From positions 18,779 through 82,778 of the forward strand of contig JBLFWR010000003.1 in NCBI GenBank assembly GCA_047611725.1: a stretch of 64,000 bases of DNA, given 5' to 3'. The position numbers and the translations under genes are program-made. Of the stretch, positions 18,087-26,751 are shown piece after piece. Below the pieces are notes generated by a model. The model saw only the letters and a program-made list of their open reading frames with translations, was not told where the DNA came from and searched no databases. Each line of letters starts with the position of its first letter. The first letter of the stretch is position 1. Origin of the DNA: Candidatus Binatia bacterium. Its GTDB lineage: Bacteria; Desulfobacterota; Binatia; UBA1149; CAITLU01.

Positions 18087-20389
18087 ACCAGGCGGAGCTG
18101 TTCGCCCGCCCTACCCTTGGCCGCGTTCTTAACCGCGGGGCCTTTCTTTGCCGTTTGTTTCTTCTTGGTCGTCTTCTTGGTTGGTTTTGCCGCGATTTTT
18201 TTCTTCGGCGATTTCTTCGAAGACTTCTTCGACACCTTCTTGGCGACCTTCTTGGCGACCTGAGCGACTTCCTTCGGTTTCGCCTTGGCGCGCTTCTTCG
18301 GCGCCTTTGTCGCTCTGACCCGGGGAGTCCGCACGCCGCCGTTCGTTGCGGGCCCGGCGTCACCACCATCGAGACGATCGCCAGTAACAACGGCTCCTGC
18401 ATCATCGACAATCAGAACGTTGTCCCCGTAGAATTCTTCTTCGCCTTCTTCTATGCGCTTGCCGGCATCGTCCATTTTCAGGTCGGCTTCGGCTGTCTTT
18501 CGCTGTGCGACTTCAAGAAGTTGCTCATAGACGACTTCCGGATCGGCCTGGTTCAGCTTACCAACAGCGGTCGCGACTTCGCCGAGATAGCGAAGAAAAA
18601 TACTACGACGCTCACCTTCCTGCTTAACACGACGACGACGACGCAAGTAAATTGACAACTTGCGTCCCACAGCCTGGAGCGCGAGTCGCAGTTCCTTTTC
18701 GATTTCGGGGTATGAGGCGACCGCCTCTTTCGATTCGCTGGTAAAAGGCACCCACACGCTACCCATGTGAACAACGATAGAAATCGGACCACCCGGGAGT
18801 TGCCCACGTGACTGCGTCAGACCATACGCACGCCAGTTGGTCTTCATCACGGCCTTAGTAATCGCACAGCCGCCGGCTTGGAACTGCAGCGGGACACGAT
18901 TGGCATAGCGCATGACCTGCATGCCCTGACCATCGGAGACGGTGACCGATTGCATGGCCTCAAAAAGTTTTTCGAGGCAAACGTCATCGACTTTCGATGG
19001 CGACTGACGAGCCGTGAAGCCTGCTGCCTTCAAAATCCGGTCGGCGCTATCGGGGCCCAGCCCATCGAACGAATTGACCAAGAACTGGCGCATGCTGCGA
19101 GCGTCACTTTCAGCCAAAACCTCGCGCAGCCCATCGAGCGAAACCTTCTCAACCGGGCTGCCACCACCAAACGCCAACGCGACCTCAATCTGGAACGGGT
19201 TGCCGCGATACACCGAAGGTGGCCGCGTAGAGGCAACATAAAACTCAGCGGGGACAACTTGATGGAGTCCCGCGAGCAGCAGCGGTTCTCCTATCGGCGA
19301 GATACAGTCGGTCGAGGGCGCAGAGATTTTGGTAGATTGCAGCGAACTATGGAGACGGTCGGCTTCGTCGCGACCAATACGCTTTGTGGACGCGCGAGAG
19401 GAAAGCTTTGCGGACTTGCAAACTTTGCTGGCTATGCCGGGACTGACGCGTGAAAAACTTTTAGTGAGAAACTGCGACAAGGTCTGCCCCTGCGCATCTT
19501 TCAACATCGTGATGAGACGGCCGAGTTCTACACCATAGGGATGGGGCTTGATCTCTTTCGCTTCCGGCGGAAGTTCAAATGTGGAGCGCCGGTATGTGTG
19601 CTGATTATCGTCGGGGTCGTGATAGTGGAGCGTCGCGTGCGGATTCGTGATCGCGGTTTGCTCCAAATACTCGTCAACGCTGCCGCGACCGCGTTTGTAT
19701 CGTGCTTCCAACTCGATCGTCACACGCGTGCCGCTTTTCACTTCCTGCGGCGCGGCACCTTCTTCGTCGGGATCGTAGTGGCTGTCCCACGCGATTCCGT
19801 GTTCGGCCATGTAGGCGCGACCCTTTTCGCCGGGCGCGATGTCGAGACCATTGCCGCGTCCGTTGTGAATTTCGGGCTTGTTGTTCTTCGTGTCGATCTC
19901 CACCTCATAATAATGAACAGGAGTTCGAATCGAGAGTTTGGAGACGATCTTGACTGGCTTGCCGGTCGTGAGCTTGCCGTACATGCCAGCCGCGCTGATA
20001 CCGATGCCCTGCTGGCCACGACTCATACGCAAGCGATGAAATTTGGAGCCGTACAGCAGCTTGCCGAAAATCAACGGAATCTGCTTTTTAACGATACCGG
20101 GGCCGTTGTCCTGGACGGAAACACGGAACCGGTCTTGGGTGGTTCGCTCGATGGCCACCCAGATTTCGGGAACGATGCCCGCTTCCTCACAGGCGTCTAG
20201 CGAGTTGTCGACGGCTTCCTTGACGGTAGTCAGAAGGGCCTTGCGCAGATTGTCGAAGCCGAGCAGGTGACGGTTCTTCGCAAAGAACTCACTGACCGAG
20301 ATCTCGCGCTGCGCCGCCGCCATCGACTGGGCGGTCGCATTCTTACGAGCCTTGGGCTTCCTAGTTGATCCGGCGCTCCGCGTCCCCAC
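18083..20389 (-). CDS. top6B: DNA topoisomerase VI subunit B (GHKL ATPase) with a lysine-rich histone-H1-like C-terminal tail
   Basis: EFFAKNRHLLGF, Bergerat N-box EAVDNSLDA, VQDNGPGI, KPHPYGV and RYANRVPL all match Top6B. GTG start with a GGAGAGGAAG ribosome-binding site. The C-terminal 70 aa is KK(x)-rich. Confidence 0.9.
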   Translation of the reverse strand: MGTRSAGSTRKPKARKNATAQSMAAAQREISVSEFFAKNRHLLGFDNLRKALLTTVKEAVDNSLDACEEAGIVPEIWVAIERTTQDRFRVSVQDNGPGIVKKQIPLIFGKLLYGSKFHRLRMSRGQQGIGISAAGMYGKLTTGKPVKIVSKLSIRTPVHYYEVEIDTKNNKPEIHNGRGNGLDIAPGEKGRAYMAEHGIAWDSHYDPDEEGAAPQEVKSGTRVTIELEARYKRGRGSVDEYLEQTAITNPHATLHYHDPDDNQHTYRRSTFELPPEAKEIKPHPYGVELGRLITMLKDAQGQTLSQFLTKSFSRVSPGIASKVCKSAKLSSRASTKRIGRDEADRLHSSLQSTKISAPSTDCISPIGEPLLLAGLHQVVPAEFYVASTRPPSVYRGNPFQIEVALAFGGGSPVEKVSLDGLREVLAESDARSMRQFLVNSFDGLGPDSADRILKAAGFTARQSPSKVDDVCLEKLFEAMQSVTVSDGQGMQVMRYANRVPLQFQAGGCAITKAVMKTNWRAYGLTQSRGQLPGGPISIVVHMGSVWVPFTSESKEAVASYPEIEKELRLALQAVGRKLSIYLRRRRRVKQEGERRSIFLRYLGEVATAVGKLNQADPEVVYEQLLEVAQRKTAEADLKMDDAGKRIEEGEEEFYGDNVLIVDDAGAVVTGDRLDGGDAGPATNGGVRTPRVRATKAPKKRAKAKPKEVAQVAKKVAKKVSKKSSKKSPKKKIAAKPTKKTTKKKQTAKKGPAVKNAAKGRAGEQLRLV

Positions 20390-20517
20390 TTCTTCCTCTC
20401 CGGCGCCTCTAGCGGCGATCTTGAATCAGTGGAATTTGGCCGGGACTGACCGGCGAGTCGAGACGAAGGTTCTGCGTTCCCAGCCTGCCGCCCACCACAG
20501 CTGCCTCCAGCCTCAGC

Positions 20518-21033
20518 CTAAATCGGGGACGGGTACCTATTTTTCCTAAATAGGTACCCGTCCCCGATTTCTCTATTCGCAAGGTTCACGTCAGTCCGGG
20601 TCAGGCTCAGACTCATCCCACCACCATTAAAAATGGCCAGGCCGGTCGTGATCACCGATGCCATAGTGTCCCCGGTGGTCGTCCCGTTGGTGGGAGAGGT
20701 GTAGAAACGCTCAGGCGACGTCAATGGATGCTTGGTCGTAAACTTGCCCATCTTACGGTCGTTCAGGGCCTCAATCGGCAAAATCACAACCGCACCCGAC
20801 GCCGCAAACTTCACTTCGCCACTAACTTCCGCCGAGTCGCTGCTAGCCCAGCGATCCCATTTCGAATTGCTGCTCTGCAGGGTGCTGAAATCCAGGACCA
20901 GGTTCAGACGCACCGCAGACGCGCCGAGGTCTCCCGCCAGCGTGCCCTCCTGAATCCAAGGAGATTCGCCCTTGGCCTGCTTGAACGCCATAGCAAGGCC
21001 GCCCATCACCCCTAGGTAGGACGGATTGAACAT
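20518..21033 (-). CDS. Hypothetical protein (possibly the 3' fragment of a disrupted lipoprotein gene)
   Basis: High GC3 ORF of 171 aa. Its last 15 codons and the stop lie inside the palindromic repeat at 20520..20570. Confidence 0.4.
   Translation of the reverse strand: MFNPSYLGVMGGLAMAFKQAKGESPWIQEGTLAGDLGASAVRLNLVLDFSTLQSSNSKWDRWASSDSAEVSGEVKFAASGAVVILPIEALNDRKMGKFTTKHPLTSPERFYTSPTNGTTTGDTMASVITTGLAIFNGGGMSLSLTRTDVNLANREIGDGYLFRKNRYPSPI
20520..20570. repeat. Palindromic repeat element, copy 1 (aaatcggggacgggtacctattt-loop-aaataggtacccgtccccgattt)
   Basis: Perfect arms of about 23 nt. Same family as 27799..27855 and 41899..41943. Confidence 0.85.
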
Positions 21034-21563
21034 CGACGTGCCAGTGGCCGAAAAGATGTGCTAGCGGGTTTGGCCGGCCTTACCCAACGCTGCCTCGGCG
21101 TCATCGCAAATGGTGTCGGCCAGGGCCTGCATGCCGGCGACATCCATCGCCCTTCATCTGGTAGATGGAGCGAACCTTTGATTCGACTCGACGCTCCGAC
21201 GACGGCAACAGGCCGCGGCTGGTCGCGGCACTGGCCGATGTTTGGATACCGTACAAAACGTTGCACTCGCTCAAAAAGTCCTTGCCCGGTGTCTTGTTGG
21301 CTCTTCCGTCCTTGGCCTCGATAAACGTGCTGGCCTGCGAAGTGGCCGAAGCGTCTCCGTCAAATCTGAGGCGCCGCAGGTGCAGTGGCCATACCGCCAC
21401 AGCCGGAAATCAAAAGCGCAAGCGCAACTGCAAAACACCCGATACTCACTATAGAAACCTCGAAATGCTTGGTCGTTCGGTCAAAAAAAACGGCTCCGGG
21501 AACGACGCCGGAACCGACTATATTCGCGATCTGAAAAACTCTGGCGACCCCCGGCCCGTGCAC
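21033..21563 (-). pseudogene. Probable degraded lipoprotein gene (lipobox signal peptide followed by at least two frame breaks)
   Basis: On the minus strand a GTG-initiated segment VSIVSIGCFAVALALLISGC (lipobox) ends after 10 more codons. The reading continues in two other frames into ORF 20518..21033. There is an A8 homopolymer at the 5' end. Confidence 0.35.
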
Positions 21564-21569
21564 AACACG

Positions 21570-22037
21570 CTAGTCTCCCGCCCTGGGTACTGGACGCGCT
21601 CCCACCGGATCGCGAAGGGGCCGCTCGCGGGCGAGCCCAACCTCGGCCGGCGAAAACGGTTCTACATTTTCTAGCCCAGAAAACTCGGAGAGCACGTAGT
21701 CCAGCAGGCGCGCCAAACGGGCATCGTCAACAGGAGCCTGCGCGACTCCGGGAACGCGCATGAGATAATCTCGGCCGCCGTTGGCCGTCATGACCGGGCC
21801 AAGCTCGTGCAACGACGGAACGGTTTCAGATCCGGTCCCGTCCATGAGGTGGCAACCCGCGCAGTGAAGGACGTAGTCGTGGCGAACCAAACTCGCAGCT
21901 GACGCAGCTGACGCAGCTGACGGAGTCGACACCGATTGGGGACTGGTCAATACGATTGCCGCATTCTCGGCAGCCACAGCATACGTGGCCATCAGCACGA
22001 GCAACATGCTCGCTGTACCCCAAACAGCCGACTTCAT
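21570..22037 (-). CDS. c-type cytochrome (class I, single CxxCH), probable electron acceptor for methylamine dehydrogenase
   Basis: Signal peptide, CAGCH haem-binding motif, ATGA overlap with mauA. Contains a 9-mer repeat encoding SAASAASAAS. Confidence 0.7.
   Translation of the reverse strand: MKSAVWGTASMLLVLMATYAVAAENAAIVLTSPQSVSTPSAASAASAASLVRHDYVLHCAGCHLMDGTGSETVPSLHELGPVMTANGGRDYLMRVPGVAQAPVDDARLARLLDYVLSEFSGLENVEPFSPAEVGLARERPLRDPVGARPVPRAGD
21895..21921 (-). repeat. 9-mer tandem repeat (gcagctgac x3) inside the cytochrome c gene
   Basis: Seen directly in the sequence. Confidence 0.8.
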
Positions 22038-22582
22038 TTTTCGGGTTGAGCCTCGACGGCCAAACCGATCACCATCGCTGTAGAACAGTTGTAGATCTGT
22101 GAGCTCGCCCCCCCGCACCAATTCACATCGTTGCTTCGATACGGGTGGTAAATCGGACGATCGCCTTCGTTGCGGTGGCAGAAACACCGACCGCAATAGC
22201 TCTTGCCACAGCAGTCGTTGTACCAAATCACATAGTCTTTTCCGTCGGCCGGATTGCGACACGTTCCGATCCAGGACACTGGCGACATCTCGGTCCCCGG
22301 CGGGCAAGCCTTGTGGGAACCACCACAACACGAGCACAAAAATCCATCGATGGCGCAATGCCGCCAGTACTCGCAGCGCATCGGATCTCCGAGTGGACCG
22401 TCGATCCCTTCAGGTGCCGCCGGTGCGCGTGAACTTGAAGCTTGACCACGGGCTACGGGCAAAAGCGGTATCGCAGCGGCGCCCACCAGCAATGCGGCAA
22501 AGCGTCCGAGGAACCCACGGCGAGGCATCCTGCGCGCCGCTTCACGCGAGTAGCGTTCCATCGTTCGATCGAGTCGGTTCAT
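22034..22582 (-). CDS. mauA: Methylamine dehydrogenase light (TTQ-containing) subunit
   Basis: Tat signal RRGFLGRFAALLVGAAA. The mature part aligns with Paracoccus MauA (CEYWRHCAIDGFLCSCCGGS...CPPGT...DCCG...RC.C). ATG in ATGA overlap with mauD. Confidence 0.9.
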   Translation of the reverse strand: MNRLDRTMERYSREAARRMPRRGFLGRFAALLVGAAAIPLLPVARGQASSSRAPAAPEGIDGPLGDPMRCEYWRHCAIDGFLCSCCGGSHKACPPGTEMSPVSWIGTCRNPADGKDYVIWYNDCCGKSYCGRCFCHRNEGDRPIYHPYRSNDVNWCGGASSQIYNCSTAMVIGLAVEAQPEK

Positions 22583-23235
22583 GCTCCGCCTCCTGTAGAA
22601 ACGCCTTCCGGACCGTCTCCCTTGTCCAACTCCGCCGGATCTGCGTGATCCGCCAACCAATCCTGGATCGACGCAACTCCCAGCCTTTCGGCTTCGAACA
22701 GGCTTTCCAGGTGTTCGCGTGTGTTGACCAAGCCCTTCGCTCGCAAAATCCCTTCTGCATCGATCAAAACGGCGTAAGGAAGTTTCGCTACTTCGAAACT
22801 AATCCCCAGGGCCGCCGACACGACATACGGCATCTCTTCAAGATCATGATCGGACACGAAACGGCGATGCTCTTCCTCATCTCCATCGCTTGCCAACACC
22901 ACTCGAAGCGGAGGCACTTGGGATCGAGCCACACGTAAGACCGTTGGCAACAAAACCTTACAAACCGGACAGGTTGGAGACAGGAAGAACACAAGCGTGC
23001 GACGACCATCGTCGGCCGGGCCGCCGATCGAAACTGGGGTACCAGCCAAGGTCGGTACTTCCAGCGTTGGTGCAGGCTCACCAACCTCGGGACCCGAACG
23101 GTTTAGCATCGCGCCCGCCGGAGCGAGACGTTCGTGTAAGACACCGACCTGTCTGATCAGCGCCAGCACGATGAACGCCAAAGCCACGACGACAACCCAA
23201 AGTAACACGTTGGAGATCAACAGGGTTTCGTTCAT
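22579..23235 (-). CDS. mauD: Methylamine utilization protein MauD (thioredoxin-like)
   Basis: N-terminal transmembrane helix and thioredoxin-like CPVC motif (FFLSPTCPVCKVLLP). Position between mauE and mauA. Confidence 0.75.
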   Translation of the reverse strand: MNETLLISNVLLWVVVVALAFIVLALIRQVGVLHERLAPAGAMLNRSGPEVGEPAPTLEVPTLAGTPVSIGGPADDGRRTLVFFLSPTCPVCKVLLPTVLRVARSQVPPLRVVLASDGDEEEHRRFVSDHDLEEMPYVVSAALGISFEVAKLPYAVLIDAEGILRAKGLVNTREHLESLFEAERLGVASIQDWLADHADPAELDKGDGPEGVSTGGGA

Positions 23236-23801
23236 ATCTGTCTCTCCAACGCCCGGGAAGCCCAGGAGGAATGCATCGAATTCTGCGCAACCAGTAAGCG
23301 TTCGATCGATTGCCAGGCTAAAGCCGCAGCAGCAACGCACGCGAAAACAGTTACCGCGTCTAACCAATGAAGCGAGCGAGAAACCGGTGTGACGAACAAA
23401 CTGGAACCGGCAACCAAAAGTGCGACATTTCGGACGATCAGTGCAGGCCCTAGTCTTTGATACAGTTCTGGACCGCCGCAACCGCAGTCGATGTCTCGGC
23501 GCCCACGCGCAACGTTCACGGAAATCGCAGTCGTATACGCGAGCAGAAGGCCCGACACCGCAGCGGCCGCCACAAACGGCGGCGCGAACAGTGCCGCGAG
23601 GCCAGTCGCCCCTTCAAAAACGACAATCGCCGTGCCGGCCGCGCGCACCCAGGTTTTCGGCAGTATTTCGTAAGCCCACAAGGTGCGCCGAAAGGCGTCG
23701 AGATCGGCGATCTTGTGACGCACGCCGACTGCAAAAAGACCGGCAAAGCACAGCCGAACAATCAGCTGTACGATCAGGTCGCCCAGAAAAAAAGCGATCA
23801 C
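23232..23801 (-). CDS. mauE: Methylamine utilization protein MauE (membrane)
   Basis: About 185 aa with four transmembrane helices, located between mauB and mauD. ATGA overlaps on both sides. Confidence 0.7.
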   Translation of the reverse strand: MIAFFLGDLIVQLIVRLCFAGLFAVGVRHKIADLDAFRRTLWAYEILPKTWVRAAGTAIVVFEGATGLAALFAPPFVAAAAVSGLLLAYTTAISVNVARGRRDIDCGCGGPELYQRLGPALIVRNVALLVAGSSLFVTPVSRSLHWLDAVTVFACVAAAALAWQSIERLLVAQNSMHSSWASRALERQI

Positions 23802-25183
23802 GGAAGCGCCATGATCCCGCCGGAAATTCCGGATTCTTCAAGGTTTCGAACATGCTCACCGGTCAACGCGTCTAGGACACCGATGGCACCGAGTTCGGAG
23901 TGACGAACGAACAACAACGGCTGTGCGTCCTGGGTGACAACAACGCTGTGCGCGCCTAACGACGGCAGCAGCCACGAAATTGCGCGGTAGGCGAAACTGT
24001 CGGATTCAAGATCAAGATACGGACGAAGAAACGGAGCTACCAACCCTGGGGCTTCATACGTCGCCACCGAAGTGCGCGCGTGGCTATCGTAGACCCGAAT
24101 CTCGAAACCCGGATCTTTGTGTGAACCCGGACCGCCCTGGTGAACAAGCGAATATAGACGTCCGCTGTCGCGATGCAGTGAGAGGTGCTGTACTCCGCCG
24201 ATCCTCCAACCATCCGCACGCTCGGAGTCAGAGAATAACGACCACCGCTTGCTAAGACTCGGCACATCGCCTGACGTTTCCACTTCGTGAAGCCAGCCGT
24301 CGAAGGAAGCAAAGAGCCATTTCGACCCGTCGCGTACCCCTTTTTCGGTAATCGGATCTTCGACGACATCAAAGAACGGTTCGCTCGAAACTAACGCCGC
24401 CGACTCTCCGGTCTCGTCGAGCTGTACAGCCATCGCGGTACCGTTGCCGCACAGCATGATGAAACTCGCTGGCCCCGTAGGATAAACTCCAGCGCAACCT
24501 GCCGTATCGATGGTTGCCACGAAACGTCGTGCGATGAGATCAACAACTCCGACGGCTGCGGTCGGATTCTGGCTGAAAACAACTAGGAAACGCCCCTCAT
24601 CCAAGACATCCACGAGGCCAACACCGTGGCCGGCCTCGGCGGTGTGAATCGGCAACTTGATTTCGCCAACTACGCCAAGACTTCGAGAGTCATAGATTGT
24701 GACGAAATCGGAGCGCTCACCGTAGTGTCCCCGCGCATACACGGACTCGACCATGTAGAACTCACCGCGGACACGGGATCCGAGCGGAGCGCGACCCGCG
24801 ATGTTGAAATTTGTGTCAATCGCTCCAAGGACGTTGCCGTCGTCACCATCGAAGAGCAAAGAGTGTTGGAAAATGCGGTCCGCGACCCAAACCCAGTGGT
24901 CGCCAGTGGTGTCGGGCAGGCTGGCTACGATCCCGTGAGGGTCTGCCTCAAGCTCGGCAGACGCGGCGCCGGCTCCCGCGAGGACGGTCCCCGCGACGAC
25001 GACCAGCGCGAGCAGCGGCAAAGCGAACAACGGCGCTTGGACGTGAAAGGGGTGCCGTAATCGCGACAATCGCGTCTCGCGCGTCTCGTCCGACTTTCGC
25101 CTCATTTCCGTTTGGCCCGTTGCGTCCGTCGCGCCCGTTTTGCCCGGCCTGTTCATGTTGCCCATGTTGCCTATGTTGCCCAT
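23798..25183 (-). CDS. mauB: Methylamine dehydrogenase heavy subunit (beta-propeller)
   Basis: Signal peptide and a 7-bladed propeller composition (FVVFSQNPTAAVGVVDL...). First gene of the mau cluster. The start is ambiguous: candidates are M1 at 25183 or MRRKSDE at 25105. Confidence 0.85.
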   Translation of the reverse strand: MGNIGNMGNMNRPGKTGATDATGQTEMRRKSDETRETRLSRLRHPFHVQAPLFALPLLALVVVAGTVLAGAGAASAELEADPHGIVASLPDTTGDHWVWVADRIFQHSLLFDGDDGNVLGAIDTNFNIAGRAPLGSRVRGEFYMVESVYARGHYGERSDFVTIYDSRSLGVVGEIKLPIHTAEAGHGVGLVDVLDEGRFLVVFSQNPTAAVGVVDLIARRFVATIDTAGCAGVYPTGPASFIMLCGNGTAMAVQLDETGESAALVSSEPFFDVVEDPITEKGVRDGSKWLFASFDGWLHEVETSGDVPSLSKRWSLFSDSERADGWRIGGVQHLSLHRDSGRLYSLVHQGGPGSHKDPGFEIRVYDSHARTSVATYEAPGLVAPFLRPYLDLESDSFAYRAISWLLPSLGAHSVVVTQDAQPLLFVRHSELGAIGVLDALTGEHVRNLEESGISGGIMALP

Positions 25184-25189
25184 GTTGCC
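25154..25189 (-). repeat. 9-mer tandem repeat (catgttgcc x4) creating an array of in-frame ATG/ATA codons at the mauB 5' end
   Basis: Seen directly in the sequence. Encodes MGNIGNMGNMN. Confidence 0.8.
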
Positions 25190-25292
25190 TCACGCTCATG
25201 GCGCCAGTGCCGTGAACGGTCGAAGTATAAACGAGTGCCAAGTTCAAGGAACAACTCGAGCCTAGATCGTCCTTGTTTGGGGGCGCCTTCCT

Positions 25293-26438
25293 TCAGCTTC
25301 CCACGCCCATGCGACGAGCGATGATCAACTTCATGATCTCGTTGGTCCCGGCGTAGATCGATTGTACGGCGGCGTCGCAGTAATCCTGCGAGATCGGATA
25401 CTCGTGCATAAAGCCGTAGCCCCCGTGCAGTTGCAGGCACTGGGCCGCGACCCGCTTTTGCAGATCGGTAGTCCACCATTTCGACATGCTGACCTCGGTC
25501 ACAATATCGTCGCCACGAACATGGGCCGCCAACAGCCGGTCAACGAATACCTGGCCAATCTCGATTTCACTCGCGAGTTCGGCTAGCCGGAACTGCGTGT
25601 TCTGGAAATCCCCGATCGATTTGCCGAAAGCTTTGCGCTGGTTCACGTAGTCTACGGTATCGTCCAGTGACCGTCGGCACGACGCGATGGAGCCGACGCC
25701 AATGCAGAGACGTTCCTGCTGAAGCTGCTGCATCAGATAGTAAAACCCCTTGCCTTCTTCGCCAAGGAGATTCGAGCGCGGCACTCGGCAATCTTCAAAA
25801 ATCATTTCCGAAGTGTCCTGGCCTTTCAGTCCGATCTTGTGAAGATTGCGGCCGCGCACGAAACCCGGTGCGTCGGCTTCGACCATGATCAACGAAATTC
25901 CCGAATGCCGCGCAGCCGGATCTGTTTTGGCGACAACGATCGTCGCGTCGCAGTTCTGCCCATTCGAAATAAACGTTTTTGCCCCATTGATGACGTAGTC
26001 GTCGCCGTCCTTGATCGCACGGGTTTGAACGTTTGCAAGATCGGAACCCGTACCAGGCTCTGTCATCGCGATCGCTAGCAAGCATTCGCCAGAGATCGCC
26101 GTGCGGTAGAACTTCTCTTTCTGCTCGGGCGAACCATAGTGCCGCACGTAAGGCATGCAGATATCGGAATGCAGTGACATCTGCACACAGTGGGCGCGTG
26201 TGTATGCCAGCTCTTCCATGATCACGGCGTCGTAGAGAAAGTCACCGCCAGCACCGCCATATTCTTCTTCCGCGTTGGCACCAAGAAAACCTTCGGCCCC
26301 CATTCGCTTCCAGATGGCCTTGGGAGAGATTCCGGCTGCATTCCAAGCTTCGATGTTCGGCACGATCTCGGCCGCCACAAAGCGCTTGAAGGCGTCGCGA
26401 AACATGTCGTGTTCTTCGCTGAAAATTTCTCGTTTCAT
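25293..26438 (-). CDS. Acyl-CoA dehydrogenase
   Basis: Acyl-CoA dehydrogenase N-terminal, middle and C-terminal motifs (AMTEPGTGSD, GGYG). Internal ATG start MKREIF. Confidence 0.85.
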   Translation of the reverse strand: MKREIFSEEHDMFRDAFKRFVAAEIVPNIEAWNAAGISPKAIWKRMGAEGFLGANAEEEYGGAGGDFLYDAVIMEELAYTRAHCVQMSLHSDICMPYVRHYGSPEQKEKFYRTAISGECLLAIAMTEPGTGSDLANVQTRAIKDGDDYVINGAKTFISNGQNCDATIVVAKTDPAARHSGISLIMVEADAPGFVRGRNLHKIGLKGQDTSEMIFEDCRVPRSNLLGEEGKGFYYLMQQLQQERLCIGVGSIASCRRSLDDTVDYVNQRKAFGKSIGDFQNTQFRLAELASEIEIGQVFVDRLLAAHVRGDDIVTEVSMSKWWTTDLQKRVAAQCLQLHGGYGFMHEYPISQDYCDAAVQSIYAGTNEIMKLIIARRMGVGS

Positions 26439-26751
26439 CGTGTGTGTTTCCTGAAAATTAGGCGTGCGGCGCCGATTCAATCGAGGGCCGGGAAAGAGCT
26501 GTATCTCCGTTTCCTGTCTCGGAGCGCGCGCGCGAGCAAGCGCGTACGAAATCAGGCCAAGCCCGCGTCGAAAGGGCATCACCGAGAAACGCATGTTCGC
26601 GAGATGGACTTCACCGCCAAGCCGATGAAGGGATACGTATTCGTCGCGTCGTGGGGCACGAGCAAAAACGCCGACCTCAAACGCTAGGTCGATCGCGGTC
26701 TAGCTTTCGCACCCACCCTCGCCGACAGCTGAAACCCGGGAGAAACAATCA

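Noticed and set aside
17731-18655. ORFs 17731..18411 (minus strand, Arg-rich) and 17951..18655 / 17967..18263 (plus strand) overlapping the 3' end of top6B
   Set aside because: They are alternative-frame or antisense readings of the repetitive Lys-codon-rich tail of top6B. The AAG/AAA repeats read as Arg- or Phe/Leu-rich in other frames. No independent support.
22579-22660. Longer N-terminal extension of mauA (ORF start at 22660)
   Set aside because: The extension is Arg/Gly-rich, overlaps the mauD 3' end, and starts at a non-ATG codon. The ATG at 22582 in ATGA overlap with mauD, placed just before the Tat motif, is the more plausible start.
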